This document shows, piece by piece, positions 22,550 through 33,583 of a DNA stretch of 64,000 nucleotides. This DNA is from Utricularia gibba (Eukaryota > Plantae > Magnoliophyta). The position numbers and the translations under genes are program-made. The notes beneath the pieces are model-generated. The model made no database searches. It saw only the letters and a list, made by a program, of their open reading frames with translations, and was not told the DNA's origin. The stretch's first letter is position 1. Each line of letters begins with the position of its first letter. The stretch is taken from the NCBI GenBank assembly GCA_002189035.1, contig CM007991.1, positions 3,720,001 to 3,784,000 on the forward strand. The letters are read 5' to 3'.

Positions 22550-25500
22550 ATGGGGACTTCTGTTCAAGTGAAGCCTTTATGCGGAGTATACAATGAGAAC
22601 CCTCTTTCGTACTTGGTCTCAGTTGACGGCTTCAATTTTCTCATGGATTGCGGCTGGAACGACCACTTTGATATCACACTTCTCGAACCACTTTCCAGGT
22701 ATTGTGAGAATTTTGTGTTTGGTTAATGCGTTTTTCGGGGCGTTGTTCTTCTGAGTTGGATTGCTGCCTTGAGCAGAGTGGCTTCATCTGTGGATGCTGT
22801 ATTGCTATCACATCCTGACACGCTTCATCTTGGAGCTTTGCCCTATGCCATGAAGAATCTAGGACTTTGTGCTCCTGTTTTTGCAACTGAACCGGTTTAC
22901 AGATTGGGCCTCTTGACAATGTATGATCACTATTTATCGCAAAAGGTGAGTTCTTACGGAGTAGTTCTGCCATACTAGAATACACAGATGTTTCATGAGC
23001 CGTTTTGCATTCCCCTTGTTGTGCAACTCTGCAGCCCTTATAGTGAAAGATTCTTTATTGCATGTGCAGCAAATATCGGACTTTGATCTGTTTACATTGG
23101 ATGATATTGACAATGCTTTCCAAAATATTACAAGATTGACCTACTCACAGAATTATTATATTTCCGGTGAGTTCTCTCGTTCTCTGCAAGGCTTGATCAT
23201 GTTCTTTTATCTCTATAATGTGTTGTTTGGGTGGAAAATTTTGGTTTCTGGATTTTCAAGTGAGATACGTTTTAGGCCTTAAGCCGCACATGACCTATTG
23301 CAGATTGACTAATATTTCACAGCATTTTAACTTCGTCTTCGGTGAGTGGAAGGAGACCTATGGCCTTGTGGCTTTTATTGTCCTTAAGTGGAATTCTGAC
23401 ATAGAGGCAGCATTTTGTAATATTTTATTTGTTGATTTGTAATTACAAAGCTGTCCTGTTTCTGTTCGTGTGACCCTGTTTTTTTCTTCATTATTGCAAT
23501 TTTTGTTGTTGCTTCTTGAGAGGGACCTTTTGTTTTTTATTATAGTTGGTGCATTTTTTTCATTGCAGGTTTGCTTGATGTCTTACCAAAAAGTTTAATG
23601 CCATTTCTTTTTTGCCGTGTCTTAACTAATTTGAAATAAATCTAGGAAAAGGAGAAGGGATTGTTATTGCTCCCCACGCAGCAGGTCACCACTTAGGTGG
23701 CGCTTTTTGGAAGATAACAAAGGATGGGGAGGATGTTATATATGCTGTAGACTTCAATCACAGAAAGGAAAGGTGGTTTCGTTGAATCCTTGATTTCACT
23801 TTGAAGTGGAATTGTAGTCATTTTTGGAAGCTTCTAATCATGATTTTATTGCATTAGGCTTTTGAATGGAACAGTTTTAGAATCTTTTGTGCGCCCTGCA
23901 GTTTTAATAACGGATGCATATAATGCCCTGTTAAGTAACCAGCCTCAAAGACGTAAGAGAGACCAGCAATTTTTTGGTAAGAAATATCAAAAGCTATTAT
24001 CATAATTTACGTCTTGTCTATTGGTGTATATCCTTACTAGTGTACTTGGAATACTGCTTTATGTTCATGAAACGTTATTTTGTCTCTTGGTGTATAGATT
24101 ATAGTAAGGATATTCGTATTGACTCATTAACCTAATGTTTTTGTTGCCTATGCATTAGATACTATCCTTAGAAATTTGAGGATAGGTGGAAAGATTTTAA
24201 TACCGATAGATTCTGCTGGTCGAGTATTAGAGCTACTTTTGTTGCTTGAACAGGTAACGTCATATGCATATCATTGTTATTTTGATATAGACAATTGTCT
24301 CCTAATTGCTGTTGACTGTATAATTGCAGCTCTGGACTCAGCTCAATTTGAGCTATCCCATCTACTTCCTGACATACGTTTCGTCAAGCACAATTGATTA
24401 TGCAAAAAGTTTTATTGAGTGGATGAGTGACTCCATAGCGAAATCTTTTGAGGACTCGAGAGAGAATGCTTTTCTTTTGAAGTAAGGTTATTTACTTTGA
24501 AACTTTCAATCACATGCACAGTCACATTCCGTGTGCTAGTCACACGTCTGAAATTGGCAATCATTACATCGTATGACTTGTGCTTAAATTTCAGAAACGT
24601 GACCCTATTAGTTAACAAAAGTGAGCTTGACCAAGTTCCGGATGGGCCGAAGGTTTGGCAGCTGACCACAGTGTTGCTGTTTTGCTTGATTTCTCTGTCA
24701 CTTTACTCACCCACTTTTTTGCAATCCTTTGCAGATTGTCTTGGCATCCATGGAAGTTTGGAGGTTGGATTTTCCCATGATATATTTTTTGATTGGGCTG
24801 CTGATTCGAAGAATCTCATACTTTTCACTGAGAGAGCACAGGTTGAGTTTATTTCTAAGAGAATTTTCTTATGGAGATGTTTTAAGTTGAATGTTGTATT
24901 AATTGTGATTTCTCAATAATGTAGTTTGGAACTCTGGCCCGTATGCTTCAGTCTGATCCTCCTCCTAAAGCTGTTAAAGTTACCATATCAAAGAGAATAC
25001 CTTTGGCTGGAGAGGAATTGGCTGCCTATGAAGAAGAACAAGAAAGAAAACGGAAAGAAGAAGCTCTTAAAGCAATACAAATTAAAGAAGAAGAAAGGGA
25101 GCGTGTAGATGCAGATGATGTTGATGGTGACGCCATGGTCATCGATGCCAAAATCAAGCCACCTTTAAGTGGTATGCCTTTTTCTGGTCAATTTTGAAGT
25201 CTATCAATATGCCGCATAGCATTTGAGGAGTCCTATTTTTTATACCTTGATTGTAGGCTTTCTTGGTTCAGAGGAAACACTGATGTCTCTTCTATTTCAT
25301 TCTCATTGCTTCTACAATATGAAGTAGGAATACCTGATATTTACCATCACTTCTTGTTTCATCTTCTTTGTGAGTGAACTTTTCCATGTATTTGCAGTTG
25401 CTAGCCCGCAACGGGGGCCATTTAGAGACGTCCTCTGTGATGGGTTTGTTCCAGCATCATCTGCTGTGGGCCCTATGTTCCCCTTTTATGGGAATTCTGC

Positions 25501-26943
25501 TGAATGGGATGACTACGGAGAAATCATTGACCCTGATGATTATATGATGAAAGATGAAGGAATCGATCGAGCCTCAGCACCAGTTAGTTCTACCTTCTTC
25601 CTGTCCCTTCCTCCCCCACATTCTTTTTGACGGAGTATACTATTTGCTTCACGTCTATCTCTTTTATGTAGTTCGTTGGAGAATTAAATGGGAAGCTTGA
25701 TGATATTGCTGCAACTCTTATGCTTGACACAGCACCGTCAAAAGTTGTGTCTACAGAGCAAACTGTATGCTATGATCCATCTTTGATTTGTAGTGCATTT
25801 TTAGACTTTGTGCATAATAAGTGGGGAATTTTGATTTTTACGATTTATCTACATTGGCTATAATAGTATTGAAATTCCAGGTCTTCGTTAAGTGCTCCTT
25901 GGTGTCTATGGACTTTGAGGGTCGTTCAGATGGTACCTCAGTCAAAAAGATCCTCAGTCATGTTTCGCCACTGAAGCTTGTAAGGAATTTTCTTGGACTC
26001 TTGTGACGTTAGATATTTCGGGTTTCATTCGCACGTTAAGCTATGCACCCGTTCATGTGTTCTCTGTTATCATCTACATTGGTCTAGAAATTTTATGCGA
26101 ATCTCATTTGTTGCCATCGTACTTCTCTGGACTGGAGGTCTTGGTACATGGATCAGCAGAAGCCACTGAACATTTGAAGCAGCATTGTTTAAAGAGTGTT
26201 TGTCCACATGTCTATGCTCCTCAGATTGACGAATCTATAGATGTAACTTCAGATTTGTGTGCATATAAAGTAAGTTGCCGCCCCTAGAGCCTTTTTTTCC
26301 ATCTATCTTCATTCACTGGCCTACCTGATCATAATCTTTGTTTTCCAGGTTCAACTTTCTGAGAAACTAATGACCAATGTTCTGTTTAAGAAGGTAAATG
26401 CTTCTTGGTTACTAAATTTTGATGCTCATGCCCATAATGAGGCTTCCTATGACACAGCTTGGGGATTATGAGATCGCATGGATCGATGCCGAAGTAGGGA
26501 AGTTGGAGAACGGCACGCTGTCTCTACTTCCTCTCTCATCTCCACCTCCACCCCCACCACACAAGACAGTTCTTGTGGGGATGTTAGAATGGCTGATTTC
26601 AAGCAATATCTAGCCGGAAAAGGAGTCCAGGTACATCTACCACCATCACCATACTCTCAAATGCATTCAATCTATGCTTGGTCCGCTACAGTCTGCCGGA
26701 TTCTCAGGTGGAATTCGAAAACGGCGTGCTCCACTGCGGCGACAACATCACCCTGCGTAAAGTCGGAGATTCCGGCCACAAGGTCATGTTCCTCTCTGTA
26801 TCTTGAGCTCCGAACACCCTTTGAACCCGTCGTTTTTGTTTCAGGGCGGTGGCCGGATTCAGCAAATCGTCCTTGAAGGGCCCCTGTCGGAGGAGTACTA
26901 CCAAATCCGCGAACACTTGTATTCCCAGTTCTACTCGCTGTAA
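22550..26943 (+). CDS. CPSF100: Cleavage and polyadenylation specificity factor 100 kDa subunit; two -1 frameshifts
   Basis: [95 protein letters not shown], end [17 protein letters not shown] 26941-26943. One G is missing at 24752-24753 and one at 26577-26580. Confidence 0.96.
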
Positions 26944-27494
26944 AACTCCGATTTCATAGCATCCACGAACCGGTAACCAGTGTACCGGTTCGGCGGCTCC
27001 GGACCACGTCCAGCGCCATGCCCCCGTCCGGTTCGTTAAAGTTGTCAATTTTCCTTTTTAGCCTCGTGCGTCTGCCGCCTAACACCACCATCATAAGGAT
27101 TAGAAGAGTAAAAGTTGCGGTAGGGGTATAAAGTTGAATTAGCCCAATCGTGGCCAATGGGGTTTGGCCACGTGTCCGTTTGCTTTAATTGGACACCAGA
27201 CTTCCTGTCCTATTTTAACATTTTCAGTTGGATTGTTTAATGGCAAATTAATGGTAGCAAACCCTACGCCCCGGTGCATTTTTTTTATTTTTTTTATTTT
27301 TTTTTATTTGCAATAGACATTAGACAAACATAAAATTTGTTCAATTTTGATGAACTGGAAAAACAGTGTCGGGACAGTTGCGGATTCTCTGTAACCATCG
27401 TAACCAACTCCCCTTTTAGGGCTTCACTTTCAGTTCCTACCCCCACTCAGCTCTTGCGCCCCTCTTCTCCCCCAAATCTCGCGTTTCTGAAGCC

Positions 27495-28337
27495 ATGGGC
27501 GACGAGGAAGAAGCGGTGAAAGCGTCGGAGGCGGAGGTAAGTCGACAAGAAGACGCCATCGTCCCGTTTGAGAAAGTGGCTGCTATGGATGACAGTAACT
27601 CAATTTCACTGCTTTCTGTCGAAACCATGTGTTGGTCTAGTTGCATCTCGAAAGTGTTTGTTTGCTTCTTTTGCCTGCAGAGGGTGGAGACGAGATGAGA
27701 GCTGATGGATCCGTAGCCAGAGGTGAGGTTCCCCTCTGTTTCAGATGCATCAATCCATGGTTTTTTTTCCTCTGTTGGTGCGATGGTGGCTCACTGAAAC
27801 CTTTCTTTGGGTGCTAGATGTTGTTCTAGCCAGGGTAGAAACAGAGAAGATGCTATGCTTGATCAAAGCATGGGAAGAAAGTGAGAAATCCAAAGTCGAA
27901 AACAAGTCAGTTCTTTCTTTCAGTGAAAAGGTACCGCATCAGTTCTTGCTCTGGTGTTCACGTTTCCATCATGAATCCACAGAGCCCAGATGAGATTATC
28001 CGCCATTAGATCTTGGGAGAACAGCAAGACGGCAAAGATAGAGGCAGAGCTCAAGACAATCGAGGTAAAACCTAAACAAAACAAGAACCCACTAATCCCA
28101 GAACACACGCTACAGTAACAGTATTGTTCGCAGGAGGAACTACAGAGAAAGAAGGCGGAATGCATAGAGAAGATGCAAAACAGAGTGGCTCTTCTCCACA
28201 GGGAAGCAGAAGAAAAACGAGCAGTCGTTGAAGCGAAACGCGGAGTAGAAATTCTCAAAGCTGAGGAAACAGCAGCCAAGCATCGTTCTGCTGGAACAGT
28301 TCCTCCAAAGAAGTTCCTCGGTATCTTCACAACTTGA
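27495..28337 (+). CDS. Remorin, group 1-like
   Basis: Five exons: D.VLARVETEK.LCLIKAWEESEKSKVENK|AQMRLSAIRSWENSKTAKIEAEL|...AEEKRAVVEAKRG.EILKAEETAAKHRSAGTVPPKKFLGIFTT; TGA 28335-28337. Confidence 0.92.
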
Positions 28338-28796
28338 AAGGTGTCATCACTCCCCTTTCTTCGTACAGGCGCTGTGGTGTCGTGCTTACAAGATCGTTCT
28401 AAATGTTATATTTATCACCATAATATAAATAATTTAAACGAGCAAAGAATGAATATACATAATTTAATAATTATATTCTAGCCAAATCAAAATATTTATT
28501 TGAATGAAATTGTTGGAAAATTTAACACCAAATATTGCTAATAAAATAATTTTATTTTCAGAATGATCATATTATTGTTATCATTTATTTATTTAACTTT
28601 GATTTGTTATTATCTTTAATTTTATTGTATGAGTACACTAGTGTTGGATAAATAGTCTTATGAAAAAATTAGTTTGTTGAGCTTAATGAACTAACACAAA
28701 TACGAATTACACCAGGTGCATCCTATTTCAACAATACTATCATTTGAAATGTTTAATGAATAAAAAACGAATATGTTCGAATCATTATACCAATTA

Positions 28797-29366
28797 TTGA
28801 AATTCAGAATCCAATAGATCGAGTGAGCATACATGTGAAGACCAAGTATACAAGAAATATGTATCATAATAGAAAAAATTAGATACAACCGATTACTATT
28901 GATCTGTAGTTTATTATATACTAGATTATTTCACTTTCATTTTTTGAGATGGGATTGTGTGTTCTAATATCCACCATCAAGTCGAACTAGTCTTCGATAA
29001 GGTTAAGACTTATTTTTTTTTCTTTTTTTTATTGTAGATAGTGTTTGGGTCATAAATCGATCTAATTTTTGTCATCTAAACCTAATGCATCTCTTTGTTC
29101 TTTTTTTTTTGTTAACCGAAACCCAGACCAAAACGAAACCCATCTTGACCACCCAAGCCATGTCGTGAAGCAAACGTTCTAATACCATGTTGAAATTCAA
29201 GATCTGATGGATCTAGTGTGCGCACATGTGAAGCCTAAGTATACAAGAAACGTAGATCATAATAAAAAAAAAATTAGACCTAATCGATTACTAGTGATTC
29301 ACAATTTATTATATACTTGATTATTTCACTTTCATTTCCCAATGTGGGATTATGTATTTTAACACC
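28797..29366. repeat. Diverged ~175-bp direct repeat pair (28797-28971 and 29190-29366)
   Basis: Shared in order: TTGAAATTCA, CATGTGAAG.C.AAGTATACAAGAAA, ATCATAATA.AAAAA, CGATTACTA, TTTATTATATACT.GATTATTTCACTTTCATTT, TGGGATT.TGT.TT.TAA. Confidence 0.8.
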
Positions 29367-30090
29367 AATAACATATGAATAATCTATGTTGAGAATCATC
29401 TTAGTTCGTTTTAAATGTGGGTACGAGTCTGAATTAATACGTTACGGGTCAAATCCATCAAATCAAGAATAAATTTTATAACTCAATGGATATGAGTCGA
29501 TCAGTCTATATGCTTAATCTATTCTGGGTCACAAGTTGACCCAACTCATTATAATATTTTTTTATTTTAAATTAGTAACATGAATTAGACTTGATTAGGA
29601 TTGTGCTAAGCCCAATGGTTGGATTATCGAACCCATTTGATAAACAACATAGTTTTTTTATTGTTGGGTTACATTCAGATCCAACTTGTCGAGTCAACTC
29701 GTACTTATTTTCATGTTTATGAATAATGAAGTTATCCTATTTATGTATCCATCTTTAGTTCCTCCTACCAACAAGAAGTGGATTAGATATCCTAGTTTTT
29801 TATAATGTTGCATCAATAGTAGAGGTTTATTTTTTTTAAGAATACCCCAAAAAGAAATCAATATCAAACAATTAAGAAATAATTAAAAATAAATAAAACT
29901 TTGAAATTTAGATAGTAATTTGGGCCGAGGCCTGTAAAGGTAATTGGTGAGCCCAGGGGGTGTATTGGGCTGCACGTGTACAAAGATTTGCTGGTGGTTG
30001 CTGGAGCTCGGTGTCCAGGTACTGAAGCTTCTGAGCTTCTTCGTTAGGTTTCTCTCGATTCGTCACCGTTCCACAAATCAGGAAGGGAAA

Positions 30091-31095
30091 ATGGTGCTTC
30101 AGTTGTGGGAGACTTTAAAGGAAGCCATCACGGCGTACACGGGGCTGTCTCCGGCTACTTTTTTTACGTTTCTGGTGGTGGGACTCACGCTTTACTATGT
30201 CGTCTCCAACTTGTTCGGTTATTCCGAGGATTCCCACAGTCATCGAAGGTCAGTAGAGGTAGGTGAATCGGTGCAACCCCTTCCTCCGCCTGTCAACGTT
30301 GGAGAGATCACGGCCGACGAACTGAAGGAGTATGATGGGTCTGATCCGAAGAAGCCTTTGTTGATGGCGATTAAGGGCCAGATCTATGATGTCTCACAGA
30401 GCAGGTGAACTTGCTCTACCGATCTTTTCGGGCTTTTGTGGATTTCTGATGTGGGTATGATGTGATTATTGAATTTTAGTTAAAACTGCTTCTTTCCTAG
30501 GACAAAAGCGACGAATTTGAATCTGTAAAGCTTCCTTTCTGTGCCTTTTTACAATGCCTCTTTCCTAAACTTCCGTGTATCCCACATTGGCATATCAAAT
30601 TTCGTTTCGTTAGGCCGTATTATCTTCATGTTGAGTGAAAACTGATGGGCTGTTCTAAATGAGATCGAGATTTCCTACTGAATCATTTGCAGGATGTTCT
30701 ATGGGCCTGGCGGACCGTACGCCTTGTTTGCCGGGAAGGATGCTAGCAGAGCTCTAGCAAAGATGTCATTTGAGGATAAAGATCTGAACGGCGATCTCAC
30801 CGGCCTTGGCATGTTTGAGCTGGAGGCCCTCCAAGATTGGGAATATAAGTTCATGGGCAAGTATGTTAAGGTGGGAACTGTCAAGCCAACTGTACCTTCT
30901 ACACCCGACTCCGTTTCCAATCCTACAGAAGCTTCTGAGGTCGGGGAAGCCAAACCCAGAGAAACTTCTGATAACGCCCGTGAATCCAGTGAAACCTCTG
31001 GAGGCGCTGTAAAACCCAGAGAAGTTGCTGAAGATGACGACCCAGTTGCAGCGAAGCACCCGGAGACCGGGGGCGACCACAAGGATGAGAAATAG
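30091..31095 (+). CDS. MSBP: Membrane steroid-binding protein / MAPR (cytochrome b5-like heme/steroid domain)
   Basis: Exons 30091-30404 and 30693-31095. MVLQLWETLKEAITAYTGLSPATFFT, GEITADELKEYDGSDPKKPLLMAIKGQIYDVSQSR|MFYGPGGPYALFAGKDASRALAKMSFE. Confidence 0.95.
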
Positions 31096-31302
31096 ACGAA
31101 TGGTTTTATATGAAGCAGGTGCTGTAGAAGCTCGATCCTTGCTTCTTGCTTTGCGATATTCTACTCACGAACTCTGTATCCTATCTCTGCAATATACATT
31201 CATGACTTCAGAGATTCTCCGATGGCCGACGGGCATTTAGACAAGCGGTGTTAACTTCAAAAATTAACACTGAAATTGCGGTTTAATTATTCTAAATGAT
31301 TG

Positions 31303-31518
31303 TTTTCAAAAAATTTTGAAACTTATTTTTACTTTTTAAAATTATTTTAGAAAAATATAAATAAAAAGTAAAAATAATCAATTACTTATTTATATAAAAA
31401 TAATTTTTAATATAATTTTAAAATTATTTTTGATAAAATTACTTTTACAATTTAAATTATTCTAAAACAAAATTATTTTTATTTTTAAAAACTAAAAATA
31501 AGTTTTAAAAAATTTTCA
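31303..31518. repeat. AT-rich foldback inverted repeat, possible MITE remnant
   Basis: Left arm AAAAAATTTTGAAACTTATTTTTACTTTTTAAAA...TTTTAGAAAAAT...AAAAGTAA aligns to the reverse complement of 31431-31518. Low complexity limits certainty. Confidence 0.5.
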
Positions 31519-32227
31519 GAATACTACTTAAAATTATGTAAAACTTTAGGGGTTGTTTTCACTGTTTTTATCAAAAAAATTTAAGGGTTATTTTTACTGT
31601 TTTTGATAAAAATAATTTTTTAATACAATTAAAAATAAATCAGAAATAATTAAGAATCATTTTTGAGAAAATGAATTTGATGTCAAAAATAATTTCTGTT
31701 TATTTAATTTTTATAGAACATATCATTTATGTTTATATTTATTCAAAAACATTTATACTTATATTTTTTTATTTATTTAAATGTGAAAACAATATTGAAA
31801 AAGTTCACAAAACACGCCGAACCGTCCAGCGCGAAAAAGGTAGGGTCTGTCGAAACGCTGCTAGACCATCCAGGCCGGCGCAGAGCTGGCCAAGAACGAT
31901 CCTCGACCGCAGCCACAGCGCGGGATTCAACCGGCTGGGGAGCTATACATCACGCTCTGGTCTAGCAGCCATATTTCATCATCCAGATTTGGTCTTCGTC
32001 TCTTCAGATCTCAAGGAGACGGATGTACGAGCCTATAGAACAGATCCTGTTCAAGTAAGGTCGTGCCTTGGATTGCTACTTGGGTGTTTATAAACGCGGT
32101 AATGATTTGTAAATTGGCGATGTGGGATAATCAGGATGCGCGCTATTGGGCCAGCTTGCTTATTCGGCCCATCGTGTTACTTGAAGGTGCTATCTATTTT
32201 CGAGTCTTTGCCTCAGGGGTTGTTTGG

Positions 32228-33267
32228 ATGGCGACCACTCCGGAGGATTTAACGAGTCGCAACGAGGCCGCGACGGCGGCCCCGATCTTCATTTCCTCCG
32301 CCGCGCTCAGGTCCGTTATCACACACACATCTCTAATCCGCCACCTCCAGACTGCGCTTGCGACGCTCTCCTCTTCGGTCCGTTCACCACTCCGCCACAC
32401 CCACCAAACAGGGGATTCCTCGTCTTTCATTCTGATGCCCTCGTGGTCCACCTCTCCTTCCTTCCCATATATTGGCGCGAAGCTGGTGACACATTTCCCC
32501 GGGAACTCCGCCGTAAATATTCCCGGGGTTCACGGAATCTATGTGCTATTCAATTCCCTCACCGGCCAACCGTTGGCCTCAATCGACGCCACGGAGATGA
32601 CGCTGTACCGTACGGCCTGCACTTCGGCATTGGCTTCGAGCTATCTATCGAGAGAAGAATCAGAGACCCTTGTTATGGTTGGAGCTGGGTCTTTGGCCCC
32701 GCATCTGATAAGAGCTCATTTAGCAGTTAGGCCAAGGATCGCAAGGGTTCTTGTTTGGAATCGATCTCTTCAAAAAGCTAAGCTCTTGGTTGACAAAATG
32801 CAGGGTTTTAATGGGGTTCGCTTCGAGAGCAACGCGAATTTGGATGAAATAGTGAGCTCAGGGGATATCATCACTTGCGCCACGAATTCGCATGATGTTC
32901 TTGTGAAAGGTGTGCATTTGAAGAAAGGGGCACATCTGGATTTGGTGGGTTCGTTCACTCCCTCGATGAAAGAGTGTGACGACGAAGCTTTACGGCGTGG
33001 TAGGGTGTTTGTGGACAATGAGGCGGCGACGGTGGAGGCCGGAGAACTTGCGGGGCTTTCGAAAGAGGAGTTTTGAGGAGAGATGACATCGCCGGGGAGT
33101 TGGTGGGGTTGGTTAAAGGGGAGAAAAGTGGGAGAATGAGTTTAGAAGAGATCACTGTTTTCAAGTCCGTTGGCTCGGCCGCCGTGGATCTGTTAACCGC
33201 TCATTTGATTTATGAAGCTTTCATGGAGAATACACTGCCTCTTGTAGCTGAAACTCAGCATCATTGA
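32228..33267 (+). CDS. SARD4: Ornithine cyclodeaminase/mu-crystallin-like protein (SARD4-like); one -1 frameshift
   Basis: Intronless. PLRH, LMPSWS.SPSFPYIGAKLVTHFP.NS, TLYRTACTSALASSYLSRE, Rossmann VMVGAGSLA, HLDLVGSFTPSMKECDD, ITVFKSVGSAAVDL. One extra G in run 33052-33055 restores EAGELAGAFERGVL. Confidence 0.92.
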
Positions 33268-33583
33268 GATGTTTATTTCATGATTACTGCATATGATTAC
33301 GTTTTATAGACAAATGACATCAGAAAACGAAGAAACAGAGCAGCAGCGACTCTGTCTCGAAAGCGCTAAATACTGTTTCTGGTCCCAACTCAAGAAAACT
33401 CGTGGAATTTTATAGATAATTACAATAAGCATTGATGTCTGCTCCTGGGTTGATTAATACACAGTAGAAATTGTGGTCTTTGCTTCTATTGCGATCGCAA
33501 GTCCACTTTGAAGGCCAGCGTTTTATTTTGCTGATTCCCCCTTTGCAATCCCCCCACCTTCGAAAATCAGTGCTTCTGAAGCT

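Noticed and set aside
24028-24036. U12-type donor ATATCCTT in CPSF100
   Set aside because: It lies inside an intron already bounded by canonical GT-AG sites that give the correct protein.
11569-32730. Long antisense or alternate-frame ORFs overlapping real exons (e.g. 11569-11854, 15647-15946, 18154-18501, 30699-31082, 32224-32730)
   Set aside because: They are by-products of GC-rich or repetitive coding sequence on the other frame or strand and have no independent motifs.
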